The notes below the pieces were generated by a model. The model ran no database searches. It was not told the DNA's origin and was given only the letters and a program-made list of their open reading frames with translations. Below are positions 19,025-28,445 of a stretch of 64,000 nucleotides of DNA, piece by piece. This stretch comes from Terracidiphilus sp. (GTDB taxonomy: Bacteria > Acidobacteriota > Terriglobia > Terriglobales > Acidobacteriaceae), in the NCBI GenBank assembly GCA_049512795.1, contig JBEKWT010000001.1, positions 892-64,891 on the forward strand, written 5' to 3'. Each line of letters starts with the position of its first letter. Within the stretch, counting starts at the first letter, position 1. Made by a program: the position numbers and the translations under genes.

Positions 19025-20527
19025 ATGAAGTTCACAAGAAGACAATTCGTTGCCTTGACGGGAGCCGCGGGCATGGCGGCATTGACCAATGCCAATGCTG
19101 TGGAGAGCGCGCCGCAATTCACCCCGGATCTGGATTCGTTTCAGCAGTACAAGACGCCTGACTGGTTTCGCGACGCCAAGCTGGGCATTTGGGCCTGCTG
19201 GGGACCAGAGGCGGTTCCGGAGATGGGTGACTGGTACGCGCGCAATATGTACATCCAGGGCCACGAACAATACGAGCACCACCTCAAGACTTATGGGCAT
19301 CCCTCAAAGATGGGGTATAAGGACATCGTTCCTTTGTGGAAAGGCGAGAACTGGGATCCGGATCGTCTGATGGGGCTCTACAAGAAGGCCGGCGCCAAAT
19401 ACTTTTGCGCCATCGCCCAGCATCACGACAATATCGATTGCTGGAACTCGCGCTTTCACCGGTGGAACTCCGTAAAAATGGGTCCTCGGAAAGACATCAT
19501 CGGCACATGGCGCAGCGTCGCGCGCAAGCACGGCTTGCGATTCGGCGTTACCGAGCACTTGGGCGCTAGTTGGAACTGGTTCGGCGTCAGCCACGGCGCC
19601 GACAAGACCGGCCCGCTCGCAGGGATTCCCTATGATGGCGCTAATCCGGCCTATGACGAGCTCTATCACACAGGCAACGCAAATTCGGATTGGAAGGCTT
19701 GGTACCGCAATGCTCCCGAGGCCTACCAGATCGAGTGGTTCAATCGCATCAAGGATTTAGTGGATAGCTACCAGCCGGATCTTCTCTACAGCGACGGCAG
19801 CTTGCCCTTTGGCAAATACGGCCGCGAGCTGCTGGCGCACTTCTACAACACCAACACACAGCGCAATGGCAAGCTCGAAGCTGTCTATAACTGCAAGAAA
19901 AATGACGATGGCGGCCAGTTCGCCGACGGCATGTGCGTTCGCGATATGGAGCGCGGCGTCTTCGACGTAATCAGGCCCGAACCATGGCAGACCGACACCT
20001 GCGTGGGCGACTGGTATTACAAGCGCGACATCGTCTACAAGACGCCCACCACCGTCATTCAGATGCTCATCGACATCGTCAGCAAGAACGGCAATCTGCT
20101 TCTCAACTTCCCGGTGCGGGCCGATGGCACTCTCGATGCCACGGAGGAAAGGATTCTTGAGAGCCTGGGCGAATGGATGGCGGCCAACGCCGAGGCGATC
20201 TACGGCACCCGACCGTGGAAGGTTTGCGGCGAAGGCCAAAAGGGACCCGCTGGCGCCATGTTCAACGAAGGTAAGCTAAGCTACACTGCCGAAGACATCC
20301 GCTTCACGGCGAAGGACAGCTCGCTCTTTGCCTTTGCGCTGGGCTGGCCAACCTCCGGCCAGCTTTTGATTCGTTCATTGGCAGGGACCAGCGTCCACTC
20401 CGTCAATCTCCTCGACGGAGGTGACAGCCTGAAATTCAATCAGACGGCCGAGGGCCTCGCGGTTCAATTGCCGTCGCAACAGCGCGGCGATCATGCCTTT
20501 GCCCTGCGCATTCAGGGCGTGGCTTAA
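19025..20527 (+). CDS. GH29-family glycosidase, Tat-exported, His->Cys variant
   Basis: Tat motif TRRQFV; KLGIWACWGP, QHHDN, LLYSDG, VSKNGNLLLN. Confidence 0.9.
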   Translation: MKFTRRQFVALTGAAGMAALTNANAVESAPQFTPDLDSFQQYKTPDWFRDAKLGIWACWGPEAVPEMGDWYARNMYIQGHEQYEHHLKTYGHPSKMGYKDIVPLWKGENWDPDRLMGLYKKAGAKYFCAIAQHHDNIDCWNSRFHRWNSVKMGPRKDIIGTWRSVARKHGLRFGVTEHLGASWNWFGVSHGADKTGPLAGIPYDGANPAYDELYHTGNANSDWKAWYRNAPEAYQIEWFNRIKDLVDSYQPDLLYSDGSLPFGKYGRELLAHFYNTNTQRNGKLEAVYNCKKNDDGGQFADGMCVRDMERGVFDVIRPEPWQTDTCVGDWYYKRDIVYKTPTTVIQMLIDIVSKNGNLLLNFPVRADGTLDATEERILESLGEWMAANAEAIYGTRPWKVCGEGQKGPAGAMFNEGKLSYTAEDIRFTAKDSSLFAFALGWPTSGQLLIRSLAGTSVHSVNLLDGGDSLKFNQTAEGLAVQLPSQQRGDHAFALRIQGVA

Positions 20528-20752
20528 GGAGTTTCCGCACAAGTCGGTTTTCAAAAAGGGGCAGGATTTGGCCCGGCCGCGGTTAGATCGAGGTCAGACA
20601 TGATCCGCCGGAGAATGAAATCGGTTGAGGCATCGCACTCCAGAGTTCAAGCCGTCGTTGCTTCGATGGCCCATGGCCTGGAGTTGAATTCCGCTGCGGC
20701 GAATTGAGAATTCCCGCAACACGTTGAGTCGTCCTCTGGAAACAGGAGAAGT

Positions 20753-22168
20753 ATGCGAAAGTTTGCATCTCTAGCTCTTTTAGCTGGCTTTGTCATGGGT
20801 CAGTGGGTTGGGAGTTCCGCTCAGGCGCCCGTAAAGTATGAACCCACTTTGGAATCGCTGAATCGGCACCCATTGCCGGAATGGTATGCCAACGCCAAAT
20901 TCGGCATCTTCGTCTGCTGGGGACCGTATTCGGTGCCCGGCTGGGCGCCGTTGAGCCACCCGGATCACGACTTCGACTCCACGGAGTTCATCCGTAACAA
21001 CCCTTACGCGGAGTGGTATTACAACGTCATGCGCATCGACGGATCGCCCACGCAGGCCTATCATCGCGCGCACTACGGGGCCAACTACGACTACTACAAA
21101 AACTTTATTCCCGCCTTTGATCACGCGACACGAAAATGGCAGCCCGAGGAGTGGGCTCAAATCTTCCGCATGGCCGGCGCTCGCTACGTGGTGCTGACCA
21201 GCAAGTTCCATGATGGTTATTCGCTCTGGCCCACCGCCGTTACCAATCCCAAGCTTTCCGCCGCCAATCTGCATCCCACGCGCGACATTGTCGGCGAACT
21301 GAACGAGGCGCTGAAAAAGCAGGGTATCCGCATGGGCGTCTACTATTCCGGCGGCTTTGATTGGACGTTTCTGCCCGGTCCCGTGCAGAAGAGCCAGGAT
21401 TACCAGGCCATCAAGCCGCAAAGCGAGGCCTACGGCAACTATGTCATTGCGCAGATGCATGAACTGGTCGAGCGCTACCATCCGGCGCTGCTTTGGAACG
21501 ATATCGATTGGCCAAAATCCGGCAAGCCGATGCAGGTGGAAGCGGACTACTACAATGCAGTGCCGGATGGCGTTGTCGACGATCGCATGGGCATCGAACA
21601 CGCCGATTTTGCCACCCAGGAATACCGCAAGCTGGAAGCCATCTCCCCAAAGAAGTGGGAGGAGAACCGGGGGCTGGGGCGCAGCTTTGGCTATAACCGC
21701 GCCGAGGGGGAGGCAGAGACGATTGCACCGGGAGAACTAATTGCATTGTTGGTGGACATTGTCAGCAAGAACGGGAATCTGCTGCTTGATGTGGGCCCGG
21801 AGGCTGACGGCACGATTCCCCTTGTGCAGATGGAACGGCTGAAGGCGCTGGGCGCATGGCTCACGCAGAATGGCGAGGCGATCTACGACACCACGCCATG
21901 GACGCAGGCCGCCGCCAAAAGCGCCGAGGGCGACGAACTGCGCTTTACCCGCAAGGGCACCGACCTGTTTGTAATCGTACTGGGCAATCCCAAGGCGCGT
22001 ACGGTCACCGTGTCCGCACTGGCCGCTGCCCATGTCAAGGCCGAATTACTGGGCGAGGCCAAGCCGCTGGTTGCCAAATCCAATGGCGTCGATCTGCGCA
22101 TCGAGTTGCCTGCGCAGTTGCCCGGCAAGTATGCCTACGTAATTAAATTGGCAGGGTTCATCCACTGA
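20753..22168 (+). CDS. GH29-family glycosidase (Thermotoga-like), His->Cys and His->Phe variant
   Basis: KFGIFVCWGPYSVPGWA, NPYAEWY, TSKFHDG, LWND nucleophile, RGLGRSFGYNR, VSKNGNLLL. Confidence 0.9.
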   Translation: MRKFASLALLAGFVMGQWVGSSAQAPVKYEPTLESLNRHPLPEWYANAKFGIFVCWGPYSVPGWAPLSHPDHDFDSTEFIRNNPYAEWYYNVMRIDGSPTQAYHRAHYGANYDYYKNFIPAFDHATRKWQPEEWAQIFRMAGARYVVLTSKFHDGYSLWPTAVTNPKLSAANLHPTRDIVGELNEALKKQGIRMGVYYSGGFDWTFLPGPVQKSQDYQAIKPQSEAYGNYVIAQMHELVERYHPALLWNDIDWPKSGKPMQVEADYYNAVPDGVVDDRMGIEHADFATQEYRKLEAISPKKWEENRGLGRSFGYNRAEGEAETIAPGELIALLVDIVSKNGNLLLDVGPEADGTIPLVQMERLKALGAWLTQNGEAIYDTTPWTQAAAKSAEGDELRFTRKGTDLFVIVLGNPKARTVTVSALAAAHVKAELLGEAKPLVAKSNGVDLRIELPAQLPGKYAYVIKLAGFIH

Positions 22169-22261
22169 GGAACGAGGGGGGTGAGCCGGGCTTGAACGGC
22201 AACCCTTTTCTCGATGGGCGCAAAAGAACAGGCAAGGGCGCAACGGGCCAGCCAGAGGTTT

Positions 22262-23344
22262 TCAATGCTGCTCCAGCATCGCGAGAGCCTTCACCACCTC
22301 GGAGTCGTTGGGATTGAGCGCGAGCGCCTTGTGCAGTTCGCTCGCGCCCTCTTCCAGATTGCCGGCGCGGCAGAGCGTCAGGCCCAGATTCTTGTGTAAA
22401 GTCGCCTGAATCTCGCACTCTCCGCAACTATCGAGCGCTTCTTTGTAGTAGCGAATCGCGGTTGGCCAATCCTGCTGCGTGTAAGCGCCATAGGCCTGAT
22501 TTCCCAGAGTCTTGCTGTGTTCGAGCGCCGCGTTCTTCTGGCGCAGCGCGAGGAATTGCTCACGCAGCCGCTTGGCCTCTTGCGGGTCGCCGCCCGCCAG
22601 AGTGTGAGAGAGCATGTAGGTGGCTTCGCTGGAGTCTGGATCGAGGAGGAGGGCCTGGCGAAGCGCCGCCACCGCTTCCTCCTTTCTCGCTTGCGCCAGC
22701 AGGCTGCGGCCCAGCATCACCCATGCCTTGGTTCTCTCCGGCTGCAACTTCACCGCGCGCTGCAGCACGATGGTCTCTTTGGCAAAGTCGCCCAGCGCAC
22801 GCTCCACAAAGGACCAATAGAAAAAGCAGTCGGAGTCGTTGGGCAAGAGGCGGCAGGCGGTGGTGAATTCCGCTCTTGCCTCCTGCTCTCTGTGCAGATC
22901 GTCCAGGATGCGGGCGCGGTTCAGATGCGCGAGGGACAGTTGCGGGTCGAGGGCCAGGGCCCTGGTGGTCTCTTCCAGCCCCTGCGCCGGCATTTCCGCA
23001 TCGGAATAGACGATGGCTAGATCCAGATGCGCCTCCGCCGATTTCGGCTTCAGTTCGATGACCCGCTGGAAGAGGGCAATTGCCTCCTGCGATTTGCCCA
23101 GACGGCCCTTGACCTTACCAAGCAGCGTAAGAAGTTGGCAATCGTTCGGCGAGAGGCTGCGAGCTTTCTCCAACTCAACTTCGGCTTCCGCAAGACGGCC
23201 TTGCTTAAGCAGTGCCTGACCGCTGCGAAGAGGCTCTTCGGCGCCAGCAGAAGTCCGGCTGCTCTGAGCAGCTCCCGACGCGAGCAGGCCGAGGCACAAG
23301 ACACTTGGCAAAACACGCGCAAAAATCCCCTTGCTGTTCAGCAT
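22262..23344 (-). CDS. Secreted tetratricopeptide-repeat protein
   Basis: Signal peptide plus multiple TPR units (AEAHLDLAIVY, ALALDP, LHKNLGLTL). Confidence 0.85.
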   Translation of the reverse strand: MLNSKGIFARVLPSVLCLGLLASGAAQSSRTSAGAEEPLRSGQALLKQGRLAEAEVELEKARSLSPNDCQLLTLLGKVKGRLGKSQEAIALFQRVIELKPKSAEAHLDLAIVYSDAEMPAQGLEETTRALALDPQLSLAHLNRARILDDLHREQEARAEFTTACRLLPNDSDCFFYWSFVERALGDFAKETIVLQRAVKLQPERTKAWVMLGRSLLAQARKEEAVAALRQALLLDPDSSEATYMLSHTLAGGDPQEAKRLREQFLALRQKNAALEHSKTLGNQAYGAYTQQDWPTAIRYYKEALDSCGECEIQATLHKNLGLTLCRAGNLEEGASELHKALALNPNDSEVVKALAMLEQH

Positions 23345-23455
23345 ATTCGCGAGCTTACCTCGTTTCCTGGCGGCAAAGTACAGTTTATCTCTCACCGTGA
23401 GTCAATCCCGCCCAATCTGCCTGCGATGATCCGAACGTGCATGGAGCCAACCCCT

Positions 23456-24418
23456 TTAACTGCGCCGGATTCCCTGCAAGCGAACCATCTCGGCGCGACC
23501 GCAAGCACTGCGGGCAACGGCCAGCAACGCCGCGGTTTCCGCTTCGCTTTGCAGGCCGAGATCGGCATACTGCCAATGCATTCCCAATCGGCTGTATTTG
23601 GTGCTACAGGAGGGATTGAAGGCGCAGAGCTCCCAGCGTTCTACCACCCCGTCCAATTCGCTTCTTAAGAACTCCCCTATCGCGGCCAGAACCTGCGGAT
23701 CGGCGCTGGCGCCGGGGATCAGCGGCGTGCGTATCCAGAGCTTCATCTCTCCCTGGCGCGCCCGCCGAGCCGCTTGGCGCAGATTGGCGTGAATGGTGGC
23801 CAGTCCCGCGTCGGTCAGTTCGCGGTGCGCCGCATCGTCGCAGTGTTTAAGATCGAAGAGCAGCAGATCGACATGGCCGAGAATGCGGACGAAATCCGGC
23901 ATGGGCGCTTCGCCGCAGGTGTCGAGGGCGGTATTCAGTCCGCGCTGGCGGCAGCCTGTCAGAAACTCGACGGCGAATTCGGGCTGACTGCATGGTTCGC
24001 CGCCGGAGAGCGTGACGCCGCCGCCGCTGGCTTCGTACCAGATGCGATCCTTCTCCACTTCCGCCAACAGATCGCCGAGATTTCGCCGCACGCCAATGGG
24101 CTGCATCGCATGTGCGCGACAACGACTCACGCAAGCCTGGCAGCCGCCGCAGCGAGAGCGATCAATGACAATTCCCTCTCTTGAATGCGAAAGAGCCTGA
24201 TTCGCGCAGACCTCGATGCAACTCAGGCAGCCGATGCAGTTGCGGTCAAACCACCAGACCCCGGGGGTGCTTTGCTGGCTCTCCGGGTTATGGCACCAGC
24301 GGCAGCGCAAGGGGCAGCCGCTGAGAAATACAGTGGTGCGAATCCCCGGCCCGTCGTGGGTCGAGTTGCGGTGGATGTCGAAGACGAGGGCGTCTGGCAG
24401 TGAGTCCAAAGCGTGCAT
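23456..24418 (-). CDS. Glycyl-radical enzyme activating protein (radical SAM, ferredoxin insert)
   Basis: HDGPGIRTTVFLSGCPLRCRWCHNPES; CIGCLSCIEVC and CGGCQACVSRC; GGVTLSGGEP. Confidence 0.95.
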   Translation of the reverse strand: MHALDSLPDALVFDIHRNSTHDGPGIRTTVFLSGCPLRCRWCHNPESQQSTPGVWWFDRNCIGCLSCIEVCANQALSHSREGIVIDRSRCGGCQACVSRCRAHAMQPIGVRRNLGDLLAEVEKDRIWYEASGGGVTLSGGEPCSQPEFAVEFLTGCRQRGLNTALDTCGEAPMPDFVRILGHVDLLLFDLKHCDDAAHRELTDAGLATIHANLRQAARRARQGEMKLWIRTPLIPGASADPQVLAAIGEFLRSELDGVVERWELCAFNPSCSTKYSRLGMHWQYADLGLQSEAETAALLAVARSACGRAEMVRLQGIRRS

Positions 24419-24431
24419 CTCACAAGTGGCG

Positions 24432-26753
24432 CTACAGCGCCGGGTAATTGACCCGCTGGATGAACTCCTCCTGGAACTTGCGGTCCATGATGACGAAGTG
24501 CGAGGAATAGCCCGTGACTTTGACCACAATGGCCTGGTGTTCGGGCTTTTCCGGCTCTTCCATGGCGCGTTTCAGCTTCTCCATGGCTATGATGTTGAGG
24601 TTGATCTGCACGCCGCCCAGTTTGAAGAAGGTGCGCGCAAACATCTCCACCATATCGGCGCGGCGGATTCCCTCGGGGAAGTACGAAGGCTCCAGTTCGA
24701 TCTGGAACGATCCGCCCTGGTACTTGCGGAAATCCACCTTGCAAAAGGAGTTGGCCGTAGCAGTCAGGCCCCTGGTGTTGCGTCCGTGCATGGGATTCAT
24801 GCCGTGGGCCAAGGGCTCAGCGGCATGGCGCCCATCGGGCGTAGCGCCCAGCATGGGTCCGGCGTAGGTATGGCCCATGTATTGAAAGAGCGAGGCGCGA
24901 AAGTGGCCGCCCTTGTTCTGTCGCAGCGATTCGAGGTAACCGCGGATCATCTCGGCAACGCGCACGATCATGGCGTCGGGGCCGGCGAGGTCGTTGCCGA
25001 ACTTCTCCACGTTGAGGAACTCGCGGCGCATCGGTTCCCTGCCCTCCCAGTCCGTGGCAACCGCCAGCTCCATCTCGGCAAGCGTGTAGCGCTTCTCGTC
25101 GAAGACCAGGCGCTTGATGGCGTAGAGCGAATCGGCGACGTTGGGCACGCCAAGCACATTGACGGAGGTCAGGTTGTAATCTACGGCGCCCGCGTCGGTG
25201 CAGTCTCGCCCGCGCTCGATCGTGTTGTGCATACAGAGCGAGGTCACCATCTCCGGCCAGACGCGGCTTTGCCACATATACGTGGCGTTCTTGAAGTCCC
25301 TCAGAGCCTTGGCGGTAGCCAACGTCTCCGCGCTGAACAGGCCGAAGAGCATCTCGAAATCCTTCGCGCCTTCCGCGATCGCCCGGTGGATCGCCCGCTG
25401 CATGGGCTGCAAAAGCACCAGCGAGTTCAGGTCCTGATCGTTGTATTCGCGGCCCACCACGCAATACCACTGGCAGCCGGAGTAGGCCACGTCCCAGGCG
25501 TACTCTTCGCTGACGCCACTGCGCAGTTCGCTGTCGCGCAACACGTCGTAGGAAATGAGGACGGGCGTGCCGGTGCCGTGGCGGCCCAGCACCTCGCAGG
25601 CAAAGTTGAAAAAGGCTGGGTCGATGTCCTCGTGCCACATGACGCCCAGATTGTTGTCGCCGCCATTGAGATCGTAGGCTTCCAGAATGATGCGGCTCAG
25701 TTCGTTGGTGGCGTCCTTGCCTTCGCGGTTCCTGCCGCCCACGGCAAAGTAATTGCCGCCGTACTTGAGGAAGAGCTCGGCGATCCATCCCCGCGCCTGA
25801 TCGCGGGTCATGCGGCCGGCGGCCAGATCGCGGCGATAGAAGCCAATCAGCAATTGGTCCAGACGTCCGTACCCATTGCCATGTGCGACAATCCGCTCGG
25901 CAAGCTGGAAGAATTGTATCCACTGAATGGCCTGGAGAAACGTGCGCGGTGGTTCGCTGACGATGACCTCGCAGGTCTCCGCAACCACTTGATAGTGACG
26001 AGCCAAATCGCCAGAAGACTGGCATATCAGTTTGGCAGCCTGTTCTGCATGGCGCTTGATCCAGCGCTGAATGCTCTCGACGACCAATTCCTGCGCTCCC
26101 AGATAATGGGCAGCAGCCTCGTTGCGGTTGGCCTGGTGACGCGCCTTCCAGTGCTTGATCTTGTTCAGCAGCCCTCCCCAACCCAGTTCCAGGCCGATGG
26201 ACAAATCGGGGCACGTGTGTGCATAGCTGATTCCGCCTGCGCCCAAACTGCGCGCCTCAAAACCCGCCTCATGCACCTCGTCCGGGTAGCGGAAGCAGCG
26301 GGCCTCATCGAGTTGCCAGTGAAACTCTCCCACCACTTCCTCTTCGGAATGAATTTCGCACGGACTATGATCCAGGAAGAATGCGTAATCCCGCGCCCAG
26401 TTCATTGCGTCGTTCTCCAGCCCGTCGATGCGCGACGGCATCCTGGCGGCATCCGGGAAGGGCGTGCCCAGGAAAACGCGGCAATTGTTGTCACCGATGT
26501 TGATACGCTCGCTGATCGCCTGTTCGCCGGTGGGTGGGGCAAACCCCTCTCCGGTACCGGACCAGTGATAGACCAGAAACTCCGGATTGTCCACAAAGTT
26601 GCTGCGGCGTCCTTCGCGGCCGAGACGGTCGCGGCGCTCGGCCAACCGGGACATGCGATCATCGCGAACCGGCCTGGACGCTTTGCCGCTTAATGAAACT
26701 CCCGAGTTCAAGTTTTTGGATTCATCGCGAACAGATGCTTGGGTCGAGATCAT
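24432..26753 (-). CDS. Glycyl-radical enzyme (PFL superfamily), function unknown
   Basis: PPRTFLQAIQ, GRLDQLL, Cys loop YSGCQWY, KFGND, GATPDGR, Gly loop VVKVTGYSSHF; activase gene is adjacent. Confidence 0.93.
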   Translation of the reverse strand: MISTQASVRDESKNLNSGVSLSGKASRPVRDDRMSRLAERRDRLGREGRRSNFVDNPEFLVYHWSGTGEGFAPPTGEQAISERINIGDNNCRVFLGTPFPDAARMPSRIDGLENDAMNWARDYAFFLDHSPCEIHSEEEVVGEFHWQLDEARCFRYPDEVHEAGFEARSLGAGGISYAHTCPDLSIGLELGWGGLLNKIKHWKARHQANRNEAAAHYLGAQELVVESIQRWIKRHAEQAAKLICQSSGDLARHYQVVAETCEVIVSEPPRTFLQAIQWIQFFQLAERIVAHGNGYGRLDQLLIGFYRRDLAAGRMTRDQARGWIAELFLKYGGNYFAVGGRNREGKDATNELSRIILEAYDLNGGDNNLGVMWHEDIDPAFFNFACEVLGRHGTGTPVLISYDVLRDSELRSGVSEEYAWDVAYSGCQWYCVVGREYNDQDLNSLVLLQPMQRAIHRAIAEGAKDFEMLFGLFSAETLATAKALRDFKNATYMWQSRVWPEMVTSLCMHNTIERGRDCTDAGAVDYNLTSVNVLGVPNVADSLYAIKRLVFDEKRYTLAEMELAVATDWEGREPMRREFLNVEKFGNDLAGPDAMIVRVAEMIRGYLESLRQNKGGHFRASLFQYMGHTYAGPMLGATPDGRHAAEPLAHGMNPMHGRNTRGLTATANSFCKVDFRKYQGGSFQIELEPSYFPEGIRRADMVEMFARTFFKLGGVQINLNIIAMEKLKRAMEEPEKPEHQAIVVKVTGYSSHFVIMDRKFQEEFIQRVNYPAL

Positions 26754-26880
26754 TGGTCGCTTCCTTCACTTTCCATGCGCTCCGCAGATGGCGCTCATCG
26801 ACAAAGCGACGGATATTACCCGAATCGAGAGATGCGCCCAGATTCCTTGCGATTCGGATCTGATCGCCGCCCCCAAAGAC

Positions 26881-26920
26881 GCTATGCCATCATGGCATAG
26901 CATACTTAAGCGCTAAAGTA
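26881..26920. promoter_or_regulatory. Two adjacent palindromes between the divergent GRE and LacI genes
   Basis: Perfect GCTATGCCAT-C-ATGGCATAGC (26881-26901) and near-perfect TACTTAAGCGCTAAAGTA (26903-26920). Confidence 0.6.
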
Positions 26921-27139
26921 CAGCATAGCACGAAACTTGTTTCAACGCCAAAGAGGTTTTTCCGCTTTTCAGGCGTGCACAGGACGCAACCTCCTGACAC
27001 AATCGACACGGCAGCCGGATCGCGGTTCCTGGGCCAGTCGCCGCGCGAAACTGCTTCTCGCACGGAATTGCTTCTTTTAGCCGCCGGCCTTTGCCGTAGC
27101 ATCTTTAAATGTATTAAGTTGCAGAGGCAGGAGGTGACC

Positions 27140-28174
27140 ATGGCGGTGCGGATGAAGGATATTGCCAAGGATCTCGGTGTTTCTATCGTCACCGTTTCCA
27201 AGGTTTTCAACAATCATAACGACATTGGCGCCGCCACCCGAGAGCGCGTTTTGCGCCGGATAAAGGAACTTAACTATCAGCCGAGCCTTCATGCGCAGGG
27301 ACTCGCATCTGGGCGCTCGTTCATGGTCGGCCTGATCGTGCCAGACCTCGTCCATGCTTTCTTTTCAGAGGTCGCCAAGAGCATTTCCACGGTCATCCGT
27401 AAGGGAGGATATGGGCTGGTGATCTCTTCTTCCGAGGACGACCCGCGGCTGGAACAGGAAGAGCTTTTGCGCATGATGCGCCATCGAGTAGACGCGCTGG
27501 TTGTTGCCTCCTGTCAGGAGACATCGAAGCATTTGCGCAAGATTGGTGGGGAGGTTCCGCTTATACTGCTGGATCGCAGGTATGAGGATTTTGAGACCAA
27601 TTTTGTGGGAACCAACGATCTTCTGGTCGGCCAGATGGCGACAGAGCACCTTATCGATAGGGGATTCCGCAGAATAGCTTATATAGGCGGGAAGAAGGCG
27701 AGCACGTCGCTGGGAAGATTGGAAGGTTACCGGCAAGCACTTCGTCACCACGAGATTTCGGTTCCGGAATCATACATTGTACGGCGCAGACATTCCGACG
27801 AGTCGGGCGATACCACGGGCTGTCAGGCCATGCAGAAGCTATTGAGAGTGAAGCCGCGACCCGATGCCGTATTTTGCTTCAACGACCCGGCTGCAGTTGG
27901 GGCAATGAATGCCATTCTTGCCGCCGGACTCAGAATTCCAGAAGATATAGCACTTATTGGCGCTGGTAACATTCGCTATGCCGAATCGTTCCGAGTGCCT
28001 CTATCGTCGATCGATGTCTCTTGCAATGCACTTGGCGAGTATGTCGGGAATCTGGTCATTCAACTAACTGCCAGAAAGAAACCGGCGCGCCCCAAGGCGA
28101 TCATGGTTCAACCCAGGTTGATTGCTCGCGATTCAACCGGAGCGAAGATGGAGCAGCGAAGCGGAGTTGTGTAA
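27140..28174 (+). CDS. LacI-family transcriptional regulator
   Basis: GGAGG RBS; MKDIAKDLGVSIVTVSKV, YQPSLHAQGL, GLRIPEDIALIG. Confidence 0.95.
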   Translation: MAVRMKDIAKDLGVSIVTVSKVFNNHNDIGAATRERVLRRIKELNYQPSLHAQGLASGRSFMVGLIVPDLVHAFFSEVAKSISTVIRKGGYGLVISSSEDDPRLEQEELLRMMRHRVDALVVASCQETSKHLRKIGGEVPLILLDRRYEDFETNFVGTNDLLVGQMATEHLIDRGFRRIAYIGGKKASTSLGRLEGYRQALRHHEISVPESYIVRRRHSDESGDTTGCQAMQKLLRVKPRPDAVFCFNDPAAVGAMNAILAAGLRIPEDIALIGAGNIRYAESFRVPLSSIDVSCNALGEYVGNLVIQLTARKKPARPKAIMVQPRLIARDSTGAKMEQRSGVV

Positions 28175-28445
28175 TCGGCTCAGAGTAGAACCATACGGGC
28201 GTATTCATCCCAACATGAGCCTTTGCGCAAAGCAGCAACGCGGGCTCTGATTGCGGGCAATCGCTCGCAACTTGCGAGACATAAACGACAACAATCCGCG
28301 GCGGACCGGTGCGGAGGAAACCAAGCGGCGAAGGTGCCGTCTCATTTCATTCGAGCTCTGGTGCTGAATCCGCGATGAGAAGTTCTATGTCTCCAAACGG
28401 AATCCTTGCAGGTTCCAGCCGTTCATTTGCTTGCGTAAGGAGACT

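Noticed and set aside
24216-26693. 825-aa plus-strand ORF
   Set aside because: Antisense shadow of the GRE gene with no motifs; expected from GC-rich codon bias.
24432-26753. Propanediol dehydratase or PFL for fucose fermentation
   Set aside because: Lacks the GCVE and CC motifs; no fuc aldolase or microcompartment genes nearby.
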